From Cyanophora paradoxa CCMP329 (Eukaryota; Plantae; Glaucophyta), in the NCBI GenBank assembly GCA_004431415.1, contig QPMI01000533.1, forward strand, positions 248,001-312,000: DNA of 64,000 nt, read 5' to 3'. Shown piece after piece: positions 23,601-34,811 of this stretch. How positions within the stretch are numbered: position 1 is the first letter of the stretch; each line of letters begins with the position of its first letter. The notes under the pieces were generated by a model, which made no database searches, was not told where the DNA came from, and saw nothing but the letters and a program-made list of their open reading frames with translations. Position numbers and translations under genes: made by a program.

Positions 23601-26600
23601 AGAGTATATAAGCTTAAGCTTAAGAGGGCTTATAAGCACCAGACGTGGACGAACGAGGACTCCTCCATCTGCCCCGGGAGTGCTTCGCGGTGCCGGTCGG
23701 CCGCCCGAAGCCGCTCGGGGGCGGGCTCTCGGGCCAGGACCAGCCCCGCGGCGCCGTCGTTCGGGCCGCTGTAGCCAGCGCTGCGAGCGAGCGGCAAATT
23801 TATGTTTACATCGAAATGCAAACGTTAAGGAACGTTAAGGGGCGGTCTCGGTCACCTCTGCTGGCTGCAAATGATGCGGAGGCAGATCGCCGTGCCGACC
23901 TCGCGCGAGCCCGCGACCAGCGCCTGCGAGGCGGCCGCCACGGGTCAGCTCGCACATTTAAATCTGAACAGAGACCTCATAATAGAGCTCATAATAGAGC
24001 TCATAAAGCTTAAACTTCGATTATAAGCGCGAGCCCGCGACCAGCGCCTGCGAGGCAGCCGCCCGGTGCCGGTGCCCAGCCGGCCACGAGTCAGCCTACA
24101 CATTTAAATCCGATCAGAGATCCAGATCTAGAGCTCATACTAGAGCCGAGTCAGCGTTTATATAGATCAGAATCAAAGATTAAGCGACGATTATTAGATC
24201 TAAAGTGGGCCAAGCTAAGCTCACCTCGCCGGCGAGGAGGCGGTCGGCGAGGGGCCGCGGGCACGTGCTGTAGAGGAGCGCGCGCACGTCTTCGCCCGCC
24301 CGCGCGATCGCCTCCCGCGACCGCTGCGGCCGAAAATCGGAGCGGAGCGGTTCAGAGCGAGGGCGAGGGCGAGGGCGTGGGCGAGGGCACATGTACGTGC
24401 AAATCTGTGAATCTAGATAGATGCTCAAGCGTGATTTAAAGATTATAATTCTTAGAAGCTATAGAAATATAGCTATAGAAAGCACATACTAGAGTTGAGG
24501 CGGCTTAAGCTTGTGTTATGATTCAGAGCGCGGAGCCGCCATGCATATCGTCAGGCTCATAGAAAGCTCATACTATAGCCAGAGCCGAGGCGGCTTGTAT
24601 TATAATTCAGAATAACGATATCGGTTAGCTTATATTTCGAGCGCGGCGGTGGAGCCGCCACGGCCAGGCTCATAGAGAGCTCATATTAGAGCTGATTAAG
24701 ACTCATGATCAGCTTATAATTGCGCTTTACCGGCGAGGGCGCGGGGACATGATAAGAGCGGGGCGAGGCGCGCCTGGATGACGGAGAGGGTCAGGTTGAG
24801 CGCCTCCGCCAGGACCCCGATCTGCGCGCGCGCCCTAGATCGGTGGGAATGCGAGGGGAGCGCCGGCGCCGGCGCCGGCGCCATAGGATCGGCGCCCCGC
24901 CCCGCCGCGATCGGCCGCGATCGATTGGGATTCGAAGCTGGGAAGGGAGCGCCGGGGCCGGCGCCGGCGCTCTTCGCGATCCGCGCACCTCGTCGAAGGT
25001 GTGGAAGCGCGGCTTGCCCGATAGCGCAGAGTCTTAACTATAGCTAGCTATCTCTCCTTAGGCCCCTTAGCCACCTTAGGCACCTTAGGTTCCTAGGCCT
25101 TAGCCACCTTATAATTGACTATCTCTCCTTAGGCACCTTAGCCACCCAAGCCATGGCCACCTTAAAAGTAGGCTACACATTTCACAGCGGACCTCGTCGA
25201 AGGAGTGGAAGCGTGGCTTCGCGATGCGGGCCGACGTGTCGTCCGTCGCCGCGATGCCTGCCCGGCCCCGGCCCCGGCCCCGCCCGTCCGAGGGGGATCG
25301 ATATCAGCGCCCGTCCGAGCTGCATGCGCAGCCGGCGCGCGATATCGATCGCGGCCACGGGGCGCACGGCGGACATGGCCCGTGAGGGAAGAGAGGGCCC
25401 TGAGGACCATCACCTGCGCGGGGACCGCTCACTGGGGCGCGGGGACCGCTCACTGGCGCGCGCGCTGTGAATCAAAGAGGCTCGCCTCGAGGAAGAGAAG
25501 CATGGCCGCGAAGAACGTGGCCCCGCTGACGAGGATCCTGCGCCCGGCGGGTCAAGCTCTAGACAGCGCCGCGGCCGCTAGCTAATGAAAGGGCGAGTTA
25601 TCGGAGGGCGGCGGGGGGGGGGGGGGGGGGGGGCGAGGCGAGGGCGGCGGGGGGGAGAAAGGGGGGCGGAGGGAAGGGCGGGGCGGGGGAAGGGGAGCGG
25701 GGGGGAAGGGGGGCGGGGGGGGGGGGGGGGCGGGGGGAAGGGGCGGTGGGGGCGGGGGAAGGGGGGCGGGGGAGGGGGGGGGGGGGGGCGCACGCGAGGA
25801 ACATGAGGCGCGTGGCAGTTGCGCCCGTCGCGACGAGGCTGCGGGGGCCGAGGGTCAAGGGGGCGTCCGGCCGGGCGCCTGCATATATATGCGCGCGCGC
25901 GCGCACTCGCGCTGCCGGTCGACGCGGATGAGGATGTGCCCGTCATCGGGGAAGATCGACAAAATGGAGAAGTAGCCGGCCTGATGATTATATATATTTC
26001 GAACCGATCAGAGCTCGACCGGGGCGCGCGGCGCGGAGCGGCGCACGATGCGGTCGAGGGCGTCGCGCCCCGAGCGGCCGGCGCCGTCCTCGCCGTAGCA
26101 GCGGCGGATCTCGTCAAATCCCGCCGCCCCGGCGTCGAAGTAGCCCTGCGGTAGCGAGCGCAGCCGCGGCCGCGAGCCGCCCTTCCACGGCCACCTCTCG
26201 CTGCTCGCGCGTACGATCGACGAGACCCGAATGAGGAGAGGAGAGGAGAGGAAATGATCGGAGAGGAGAGGAGAGGAGAAGAGAGGAGAAGAGAGGAGAG
26301 GAGAAGAGAGGAGAGGAGAGGAGAGGAGAGGAGAGAGAGCAGAGAGAGGAGAGGAGAACGAGGAGATTTAAATTATGCCAACGATGATCATGATCATATG
26401 AAGACAGGAGCCTAATCATGATCATGAGGAGATGGGCCTAATTATGCTCGAGGGGAGCCTGGCCTAGCTCGGCCGCGGAGGGGCGCATACGCATGCGCAC
26501 TTGGCTACGTAGGGCTCCCCGTGGTTCAGGGCGGCCTCCTCGATGTCGGGCGGCTCGGGGTCCGCGAACGGCAGCGCGTACACAGTCGCGCACAGCTGCG

Positions 26601-28786
26601 CGCACAGTCACTGAGTCGCCGGGAAAGTGTAGAAGCGGGGGAGGAATCAAGAGCGAGGATGCATATGAGAGCGGCGTGGATCGAAAGGATGGGAAAATAA
26701 ATTAGAGCTGAGAAGTTAAAGAGGTGGGCGCGCACCTGGGTGCGGGTGGCGAGCGATAACACTTCCCCCGCGCTCATACGCCGCGCGAAGACAATGGTGC
26801 CGACTGAGGCCCGCGCCTCCGAGTCGCACGCGTTCGCCGCCGTCTTGATTGGGATCGAGGCGGGCGCCGTGCGCCGTCATGATCAACACCCGCGCTATGT
26901 TTGAAATAGGATGTAAATACGATGTGGGCGGACCACAATCATGACGCGGTCGACGTCTTCGTGCTGCTCGGACCCCTCTCCGCTCTGCGCGCGCGCGAGT
27001 GCACGTGCGCGCACGTGCGTGAGCAGTCTTGATCATGATCATGATCAGGAGGCGAGTCATGACAGTGCACACCTCCACCTCGTCATCGGTCGCGGTCGAG
27101 AAATACCCAGACGAGCCCCAGTAGCAGCCTTTGCCGCCCCTGCGGATATATACAGCGCGCGCGGTCAAGTGAAGAAATTAGAGGGCCGCGCCGCGCCAGC
27201 CGAATTCAAAGGATAGATGGAGGGGCGCAGCGCACCCCCAGAGGGGACCCCCCGGGCTGAGCGACTTGAGGTGCTGGGGTACGTTGAGGCTCTCCCTCTG
27301 CGTCTTGGCCACCAGCCGCCCCTCCAGGTCGTAGACTGCGCTTGCTCAGGTGAGCTTCGAAGCCGGGCGACTCAGATGATTTTTATGATAAAACAAATTA
27401 AAGGCCCCGAAGCTGCACTGGCGCGCACAGAGAGCGAACTCGATCCCGAGGGCCTCGAAGATGTTAAGAGGGAAGGCGGTCGCCCTGCCTCAGATCAGAT
27501 CAGATCGGACCCGAGCTCGGATCAGATCAGATTAGATCAGATCAGATCAGATCAGATTTGATCGCACATGTAGGCGTCGATGCGGGGGTCGCTTGCGTTC
27601 GTGGTTGCTCGCAGTACCATGTCCCGCGTGTCGTCCCACTGAGGCGCCGGTAAGGCGGCAGAGGGGAGGAGGGGGGGGGGGGGGGCGGGGCGGGCGGTGT
27701 TAGAATAGAGAACCTGGGCATACGTGACCAGCTGCGAGATGCGTCAGTGAGGGGGGGGTACGGGTGCGGGAGGCGGGCCGGGGGACAGGAAGGGGGGTAC
27801 CTTCTGACTAAAGCTGAGGAGGTCGGTCTGCATGGCGATCGCAAAGCGCCGCACGTTCTCTGTGGGGCGGGGCCAGGGTACGCGTCACGCCCGGAGGGAG
27901 GGGGCGGCCGCGGGGAGGGCGACACGGGGGACCGGGGGAGGCGCGCGGCGGCTCGCGGGCGGGGGGGAGGGGGCCGGGGTGAGGAGGCGGGGATGAGGGG
28001 GGGGGGGGGAGGCGGGGGAAGAGGCGGGGGTGCGGGGGGGGGGAGGCAAGGGGGAATCGGGGATGGCGGCTATGGAAGCGGGGTTTATAGGGTGGGTAGG
28101 CCCTCGGAAAGGGGGGTACGCTCGCCTTCCATGTGATCCGCCTCGATCTGCTGGAACGACGCGGGGAAGACCGTGATGGCGATCGCTGTGGGCGGAAATA
28201 TGTAATTGCGATCGCAAGCCGCGCGTTAGGCGAATTCAAACTTGTTTGGAAGGGAGGGAAAGCTTAAGCTTTTTAATTTATCAAAGCCGCGCGATATAGT
28301 ATCGATATCGATGGCTTCGATTCGTGTCGGGGTATAGCGATGCGGCCGTGCGCGCGCGCGAGCGCCGCGGCGCGCCTGCGGTGGTGCCGACGAGGACGAC
28401 GACAAGGAAGCCCATCCAGAGTAGGCAGCGGGTTCGGAGGGATAGACTCATCCTGGGGCGAGAGCGAGCGATCATGAGTGGGCCGGGGTGGGGGGGAGGG
28501 GAAGGGGCGGCGGGGCGGGGGCGGGGGGTTGGGTTGGGTTGGGGGGGGGAGGGGGGGGGAGGGGCGGGCGTGCTCGCGGACCACTCGTCGGCGGCCGACG
28601 CGGCGTCAGAGACCTTGCCGGCGAGGCCGCGCCACCCCGACCGCCGCTCCTGCTCATGCGCGCGCGGCTGCGCGCCGGCGCCGGCCGCGGGGCGCCCGCG
28701 GCCGCCGCTTCCGCTTTCTCCAGGCCCGGAGAGCGTGTCGACCCTAGGCCTTCTCCCATCGATCTCGCGATCGTCGAGTGCGGCAT
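20615..28786 (-). CDS. Multi-exon membrane protein with degenerate class III adenylate/guanylate cyclase domain; exon structure and ends uncertain
   Basis: Exons in the expected order: TM segments, ALLYSTCPRPLADRLLAGE (signalling helix), LSLDRLCAERGLEGFSLAGGDTLL, AGVASGWMLGGVV, VWGYPVDEALR, LAAEASPGHVAV. Confidence 0.55.
22780..22997. repeat. Intronic tandem repeat, ~98-bp period, ~2.2 copies
   Basis: GCGACCGGGCGCACCTGGGC at ~22780, ~22879 and ~22977 with identical intervening sequence. Confidence 0.85.
26233..26365. repeat. (GAGAG/GAGGA)n purine microsatellite
   Basis: Directly visible. Confidence 0.9.
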
Positions 28787-30317
28787 CCGTGGCCACCTGC
28801 AGCTGCGGGGTCCCAGCCGCGGCGCCGGCCTGCTTACGACCAGGATCAGTCTAGATCTCTCGGCCGGCGGTTGCAGCTGCAGGTGCAGGCTGCAGCCCGT
28901 CCGACGGTCGCGCATGTCAGCCGTTTTGCTCGCGAACCTTGCCGGCCTGCAATGGCGGCGGCAGCGCAAGACCAGCTGTAGGGCTCCCCTCAGCATCGTC
29001 GGGATCCAGGGCGCCCACTTCCCGAGCGCGCGCGAACTCCGCGGCCGGCATTCTGGCGGGGCATGCGCAGTGAGAGATTGAGAGCGAGCCCCTCATTATC
29101 AGGGCCTGATGCTACAGCGAGACCGAAGCTTCAGACCGCCGCGGCGCGTGCGCGCATGCGCACCCACAGTCGAATGGCTCGGATCAACCGGTAGGCCTAG
29201 GGCTCAGGTCGGTGCCGCGGCGCCGGCGTGCGGCCAGCATGCATGCGACTGGAACCGGCACCAGTACCGCGCCTCCGCGCGCGGCACCCGGCTGCCGGAT
29301 CCGGAGCGTTACGCGCAGCCGCGGCCGCCGCGGCGCTCTGCTGCAGGTCGACTCGCCGAGGCTGCCAACTAGTACTGCAGCTGCCGCAGTGCAGGCTGGC
29401 AACTTAAAAGCGCTCAGCGCTCAGCGCTCAGCGGCTAGTCGCCGGCTACTACAGTAGGCTAGCTGGGCAACCTGCCATGGGCTTTACGGGATGTTGGCAT
29501 GCCATGATGTCGCAGGCTCGCACCAACAGCTGCAGCCTGCAGGCTGAGGCAGCTGCAGCCTGCAGCTCCCTGGCCGCGGGCATGCAAAGCTCAAGACGAG
29601 CCTCGGAGGGGGTACGGTGTGCGCGCCCTGAGCACGTGAGTCACGAAGAGTCCGAGACGGACCAGTCACCGAGTCACCGACTCACCGCGTACCGGTAAGT
29701 TGCCAAGTTGGGCGGTAAGTTGCCGCCGCAACTTGCCGGTAACCGGATCGGTCCGGATGATGGTCCGGATCCGGATTCCGGAGTCCGGACTCCGGAGTCC
29801 GGACTCCGGACGCGCGCTGCAGGCCCAGCAGCTGAGGCTGCCCCTCGAGGGAGTCGAGGCTCGCGCTGGCTTCAAGCTTTAAGATCTTGAAATTCAATAA
29901 GCACTCGGCTTAGAGTCGGGTAGCTGTAGCCTGTAGGAGACAGTAGGACTAGATTTTTGACTCCGTGATTTCTTAAAAAAGCTTGCTGCCGCAGAGCACG
30001 TTTCTCTTGCTCGTCGTGCATGTGTAATATCATACGTATACGTATACAGCATCAGGCGCGGCGGTCTCGTAAAGCGGACCGGGAGGCCTAGGGCGTCATG
30101 ATCATGATCAAAGAATGGCGGCCCGCGCCGCCTCTGGATTCCCCGCTGCCCCGCGCGCGCCCCGGCCGCCGGGCCGCGGGCGCCCGGGCAGGCCGCGGCC
30201 GGGGCCCAGCAGCCTGGCAGTGCAACTTGAATGAAAGAGCTTAACTTGAATGAAAGACGGGGCGGGCCCCGCAGGGGAGGCCCGGGGGCGGGGGCGGGGG
30301 CGGGGGCGGGCCGGGGG

Positions 30318-30945
30318 CTAGCAGTACTGGACGCGGACGCAGAGGCAGTCCTCGCTCTTGTCCTCCGCGTCGTTCACGAAGACGGGCACCCCCTCCACCC
30401 GCGCCACCCACTGCCCCCGCGTCGGCTTCGGGGGGGGGGGGGGGGGGGGGGGGAAAGGGGTATCGAACCTGCGGGAGGAGGCGCAGGCCGATGTACGCCG
30501 CGCCGAACGGCTCCAGGTCGAGCCTGGCCCCGGCCCCGGCCCGGATCAGGGGGGTACAGGGTACGGGCGAGCGCGTGGGCGGGGGTACCGTGTGTCCCGG
30601 AACTGGACGAGGTGGGGGTGGCTGGTCCGCGCGCAGCACGAAGGCCTTGCGCTCGCCGTAGGGGTTCTTGAACGATATTTTCTGCGCCCACCGCTCGCCA
30701 CCGCGGGGGTACGCGCGGCGGACGAAGGGGGGAGGGGGGGGGGACCTTGTTGCAGGCGATGCCGGAGGGTACAGCGACCTCGAAGGTCTTGCCTGCGCCG
30801 GCCGTTCGCGTCGGGGCCGCCGGGCGTGGGGCGTGCGCCGGGGGGGGGCCGGCCTGCGCCAGCCACCAACGTAGGGGGGGCGGGCGTTCGTCTAGATCTC
30901 GACGAGCCACGCGCCGACGAGCTCCCGCGCCGCGACGGTCTGCAC
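30318..30945 (-). pseudogene. NPHP4: 3' exons of nephrocystin-4, truncated next to the viral element and carrying lesions
   Basis: Exons ELVGAWLVEI, KTFEVAVPSG..NK/KISFKNPY, RTSHPHLVQFRD, AYIGLRLLP, VFVNDAEDKSEDCLCVRVQYC* match the NPHP4 C-terminal pattern; in-frame TAG ~30892 and frameshift ~30630. Confidence 0.75.
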
Positions 30946-31832
30946 CTAGCCTACCTTCGCAGAAATTTTGGAACGCGGTAATTTGTGGCCACAGCCTCTA
31001 GACACCAGCACTGCGGGGGCTGCCCAGGGGGCATATACAACAAAGAGAACGACTGAAATAAGAAAACTAAGGCAAGAGCACTAAAAGCAACAAGACAAAG
31101 AGCCAAAATCGACAGCAGAGGAAGAGAATCCGAGAAGAGACGACGGACGAGAAAATCCGAGACGGAGATCGAGCTACAGAGTTAGAAGGCAAAGAAGAGG
31201 AAATAGAGAGACACGAGAAAGAGCTAGAACCAGCACCGAGATCGACAGTAGACGAAACCGACCAAGGAGGACAGAAGTGAGAAAGATATATCACAGGGAG
31301 CAGACAAGTAAGGGGAACAACAAGGCGATCACGAAGAGGATCCGGAGGCGGAGGAGAAGGAGCTCGAGGTAGTAAAGGGGAACGGCGCGAAAGCGGACCA
31401 GGGGGATCAAGAACATGCAAAAGGGCAGTCAAAGGCGCGTTAATTAAGTCTTGCAATATATATATATATACACGTGCACGGTAGAGCAACTTTCCACACC
31501 ATGCGTACTACTCAAGCTTGTGGTCTAGATCTACTACGGTATGCATATGCGTGACAACTTGTCACAGTGTATTCCCACATGCATATGCGGTTTCATATAT
31601 ATATATATATATATATATGTGGGCTCTTGCCAAGGGTCGAGCTCTCGAGCTTGCCCCTTCGCTGTCAATGCATTGTTAACCCTCGGAGGTTGATGAGTCA
31701 CGCGTTGCGGAGGTTGCATTGTTATATTGCATTCGGGGAGGCAGGGGGACTAACACGTCCAATGTACCCCCCGGGGGCCTCCCGGCCTCTAACTAGGCTC
31801 GGACTCTAACTGAATGCTGTACCCCCCTGCGG

Positions 31833-32573
31833 TTACTGCCCGAGCCTAGCGAACTTGCGTAACTCGGCCTCGCCCTGTACCCAGTGGCTGGTGTCGGTCA
31901 TCCAATCACGTACCTCCCTCTGACGCTTGAGTGACTCACGCTGCTCAGGTGAGGGGGAGGGGGGGCCGTAGAGGAGGGGCCGCGGCGGGGGTACCATGCC
32001 AAAGTTTGCCCACTCGGGGGGTATACCGAATTCGCCTTGAACGATCCTCTGCGGTGTGAAGTATTGGCCGTCGCTCAGCGCCAGGTGGTAGAAGGCGTTT
32101 CGCAGTCGTCTGAGGAAGCGGGGCTGCGCTGTCTGCGGGTCAAGGCTCTCAAAGCGCCACGGTGCAACAAAATCGATGATTCGCTGCTGTACCTGCGCGG
32201 GCAGGGCAAGGATCTGGCTCTTGCGGTTCGCAAAGGCCGTCCATAGGGCTTTCAGGTCCGCCCAATCGCCGTTCAGATCCCTGCGTTCGCGCCTCAGATG
32301 AGATCTCGGCCTGATTGTCATACCCATCAAGCTCGCAGCCCTGATCATGTCCTCGTCCGGCCAATCTCGCTCGTCGTTAAACTCGTCTCTGATCCAACGC
32401 ACTAAATAGAGCACGCGCTCCATGAAGTTCTCCGCCGGCGAGCCGCCCACTGAGGACGTGCGCCTCCCCTCCAGCACTGCGTTCGCATCCTCCAAGTCCA
32501 CGTTCCGCTGCAGGATCTCCCCATCGTTGTAGGTGTTGTTGTACAGCACGTCGGACTCGCGGGTTCGCGCCAT
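31833..32573 (-). CDS. Viral hypothetical protein with F-box-like motif, paralog of 33398-33976
   Basis: 246 aa intronless ORF; LKALWTAFANRKSQILALPAQVQQRIIDF. Confidence 0.75.
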   Translation of the reverse strand: MARTRESDVLYNNTYNDGEILQRNVDLEDANAVLEGRRTSSVGGSPAENFMERVLYLVRWIRDEFNDERDWPDEDMIRAASLMGMTIRPRSHLRRERRDLNGDWADLKALWTAFANRKSQILALPAQVQQRIIDFVAPWRFESLDPQTAQPRFLRRLRNAFYHLALSDGQYFTPQRIVQGEFGIPPEWANFGMVPPPRPLLYGPPSPSPEQRESLKRQREVRDWMTDTSHWVQGEAELRKFARLGQ

Positions 32574-32609
32574 GCTCGCGGCTCGCTGAGAATTTCTACC
32601 TGTACCCCC
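32574..32609 (-). promoter_or_regulatory. Repeated viral upstream element, copy 1
   Basis: GGGGGTACAGGTAGAAATTCTCAGCGAGCCGCGAGC directly before ATG; near-identical at 33342-33379. Confidence 0.7.
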
Positions 32610-33341
32610 TCACTGGCCGAAGTGCGACGGTCCCCAGTCGAGGTCGGGGTGGGGCCATGGGGGCCTTGGGCGGGGTACGATGCTCCCGCTTGCCAGCTCC
32701 ATGTACTCCCCCACGGGGTTGTCTTCGTTTGCGAGGTCCTTGTAGTTGCCCTTTACGAGATCCGCCGCCGCTTTGCGCCAGCGAACGGCCACGTTGTACG
32801 TGTTGTCGATGATGTTCTGCACCGTACCCTCCATGGGTGTTAGGGACGGTGTGTAGGTGAGATAGTCGTCTTCCCTCTTGCGCAGACTCAATTCCCTTTC
32901 GTAGTACTCCACTGCGCTTGGGAGGGCTTTGAGCTCCACCGCGTGCTGGCCCGGGTCCGACGAGCTAATGAGCCCGGAGCGCTGCAGTGCGTTCACAGCC
33001 GCCCGCAGCATGATTTTGCCCACCCCCCGCATCGAATCCCTCTGCTCGGGCGTCCCGTACCCCCCCTGCGGCCCGTAATCGTTGTAATAGCTCTCTATTT
33101 CAACGGTGGCTGGGCTAGTGCCGACGCGAGGCTTGACAAAGCCGTACAGCCATGCCATAGCGTCGTTGTCCGCGGAGCGGCCACTGTCGGGAGAGGATGA
33201 GAACACTTCGATTTTGAATTCCCTGGTCCGCGGGTTGACTCGCGTCATTAGGTTGAGGGGGAAGCGCGCATTCCCGAATTTATCGGGAAAGAGGCGGTGT
33301 AGCTTGAACCACGCTTCCTGATCGCCGTAGGTGTACGACAT
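32610..33341 (-). CDS. Viral GNAT-fold acetyltransferase-like protein
   Basis: 243 aa ORF; MRGVGKIMLRAAV (motif A) and LKALPSAVEYYER (motif B). Confidence 0.6.
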   Translation of the reverse strand: MSYTYGDQEAWFKLHRLFPDKFGNARFPLNLMTRVNPRTREFKIEVFSSSPDSGRSADNDAMAWLYGFVKPRVGTSPATVEIESYYNDYGPQGGYGTPEQRDSMRGVGKIMLRAAVNALQRSGLISSSDPGQHAVELKALPSAVEYYERELSLRKREDDYLTYTPSLTPMEGTVQNIIDNTYNVAVRWRKAAADLVKGNYKDLANEDNPVGEYMELASGSIVPRPRPPWPHPDLDWGPSHFGQ

Positions 33342-33379
33342 TTGCTCGCGGCTCGCTGAGAATATCTACCTGTACCCCC
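33342..33379 (-). promoter_or_regulatory. Repeated viral upstream element, copy 2
   Basis: GGGGGTACAGGTAGATATTCTCAGCGAGCCGCGAGCAA before ATG. Confidence 0.7.
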
Positions 33380-33397
33380 ACTCCCGGTCGGGGTACC

Positions 33398-33976
33398 TCA
33401 TTCGAGCCTCCTACGCTTCGCCTCCTTCTCTTCCGCTTCGCGTATGTACTGCTCCTGCCAGCGGGGGGGTAGCATCTCCAGGGGCATTGTGTAGTTCTCC
33501 TCGAGTGATTCCTGCCAGGGTAGCAGGGGCCGCGGCATCTGACGATTGTAACTGTCGCGGATGTGGAAGTAATCGACTACCCAGTTACGGAACACCTCCA
33601 ACGGTTGGTAGGGCTCGTTTGCCGTCGTCAGAGGCCGCTCGGCCGTCCACCACTTCTCGAAGATGAGCCGCTGAATCTCTTCTGGGAGGTGCGGTATCAT
33701 GCTCTTCCGGCTCACGAATGCCATCCAGAGCTGTTTCAGTACGTTTATGATACCGTACTCCCCAAAGCCCCAGCGGTAGGGTCCGGCGGGCCGCATGTCC
33801 ATGCTATCCCCGAACGCGTTCATGGCCAAATAGAGATTCGGCTTCAGCTTGTTGTACGGAGGTACGTATCCATTGCGCTTGGCCCCCGTGTTCGCTCTTA
33901 TCCAGGGGATCAAATCTCTAACGTTCTCCACCATTCCCTTCACCTCGTCCCTCGTTGTTAGCTCGGGGTATGACAT
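33398..33976 (-). CDS. Viral hypothetical protein with F-box-like motif, paralog of 31833-32573
   Basis: True start MSYPEL at 33976 (avoids overlap with YqaJ); LKQLWMAFVSRKSMIPHLPEEIQRLIFE. Confidence 0.75.
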   Translation of the reverse strand: MSYPELTTRDEVKGMVENVRDLIPWIRANTGAKRNGYVPPYNKLKPNLYLAMNAFGDSMDMRPAGPYRWGFGEYGIINVLKQLWMAFVSRKSMIPHLPEEIQRLIFEKWWTAERPLTTANEPYQPLEVFRNWVVDYFHIRDSYNRQMPRPLLPWQESLEENYTMPLEMLPPRWQEQYIREAEEKEAKRRRLE

Positions 33977-34019
33977 TTGCAATTGCACACAACGAGAAAT
34001 TCTAAACGCTACTGCAACG

Positions 34020-34655
34020 ATGGACCTACAACAGGGGAGCGCGGCGTGGCACGCTGCGCGCCGCGAAAAGCTAACCGCCTCGAACTTTGCCGCCGCGTGC
34101 GGCATCAACCCGTGGAAATCCAGGGCCCGCCTCTGGGCGGAGCTGAGCGGGATCGCGGAGGAAAACAACTTTGACAACCCTGCCCTAACCTACGGGCACG
34201 ACTACGAGCCCCTCGCGGTCTCTATCTACAAGGCACTGAACGATAACGTGGACATTCAACACACTGGACTGCACGAACACAAAGAAATGCCGTTCCTCGC
34301 CGGGAGCCCCGACGGACTGATAGGAAATGATAGGATTTTAGAGGTGAAATGCCCTTACAAGGGCGAACTTTACGATAGCGTTCCTACCTATTACATGCCA
34401 CAACTTCAGGGCCTGTTGGACATAACGGGCCGCGACTGGGCCGAACTTTTCTGTTTCACGCCTCTGCGCGTGCAGACGTGGTACGTCAGACGGGACGAGA
34501 GGTACATCAAGCTCATGAGGAGGTGCTTACAGCTGTTTTGGATGCACGTCAAGGAGGGTACGCCGCCCGAGCCCTACAGCGATCGAATGAAGTCAGAGAA
34601 CCTCAGCGAGGAGCAGGCGGCGCTGCGCGAGTTTAAGTCGTACGCCCTCCTCTAG
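34020..34655 (+). CDS. YqaJ/lambda-exonuclease family PD-(D/E)xK nuclease
   Basis: QGSAAWHAARREKLTAS, GHDYEP, LAGSPDGLI, LEVKCP, YMPQLQ motifs. Confidence 0.93.
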   Translation: MDLQQGSAAWHAARREKLTASNFAAACGINPWKSRARLWAELSGIAEENNFDNPALTYGHDYEPLAVSIYKALNDNVDIQHTGLHEHKEMPFLAGSPDGLIGNDRILEVKCPYKGELYDSVPTYYMPQLQGLLDITGRDWAELFCFTPLRVQTWYVRRDERYIKLMRRCLQLFWMHVKEGTPPEPYSDRMKSENLSEEQAALREFKSYALL

Positions 34656-34811
34656 TGTCCCGACCCTCTCAGATATTAATTTAAAGATCTGGGAGGGTCG
34701 GGACACGTCTCTTGGTCAGACTACTTATGTACGCCCTCCTCTAGTGTCCGGACCTTTCCAATAATCTATAAAGAAAGTAGGGAGGGTCCGGACACGTCTC
34801 TTGGTCGGACT
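34640..34811. terminator. Two tandem 89-bp units, each a GC stem with AT-rich loop, between convergent genes
   Basis: Hairpins 34655-34706 (GTGTCCCGACCCTCTCAGAT/ATCTGGGAGGGTCGGGACAC) and 34744-34795 (GTGTCCGGACCTTTCC/GGGAGGGTCCGGACAC). Confidence 0.6.

Noticed and set aside
4000-31000. Hundreds of short Arg/Pro/Gly-rich ORFs in the six-frame track
   Set aside because: Expected from high GC; overlap real exons in wrong frames or poly-C/G introns
31067-31489. 140-aa minus-strand ORF
   Set aside because: Low-complexity Leu/Ser product of a strand-skewed non-coding tract
33977-34177. 5' extensions of ORFs 33398-34177 and 33849-34655
   Set aside because: Antisense overlap; real starts at 33976 and 34020 fit the motifs and promoter spacing
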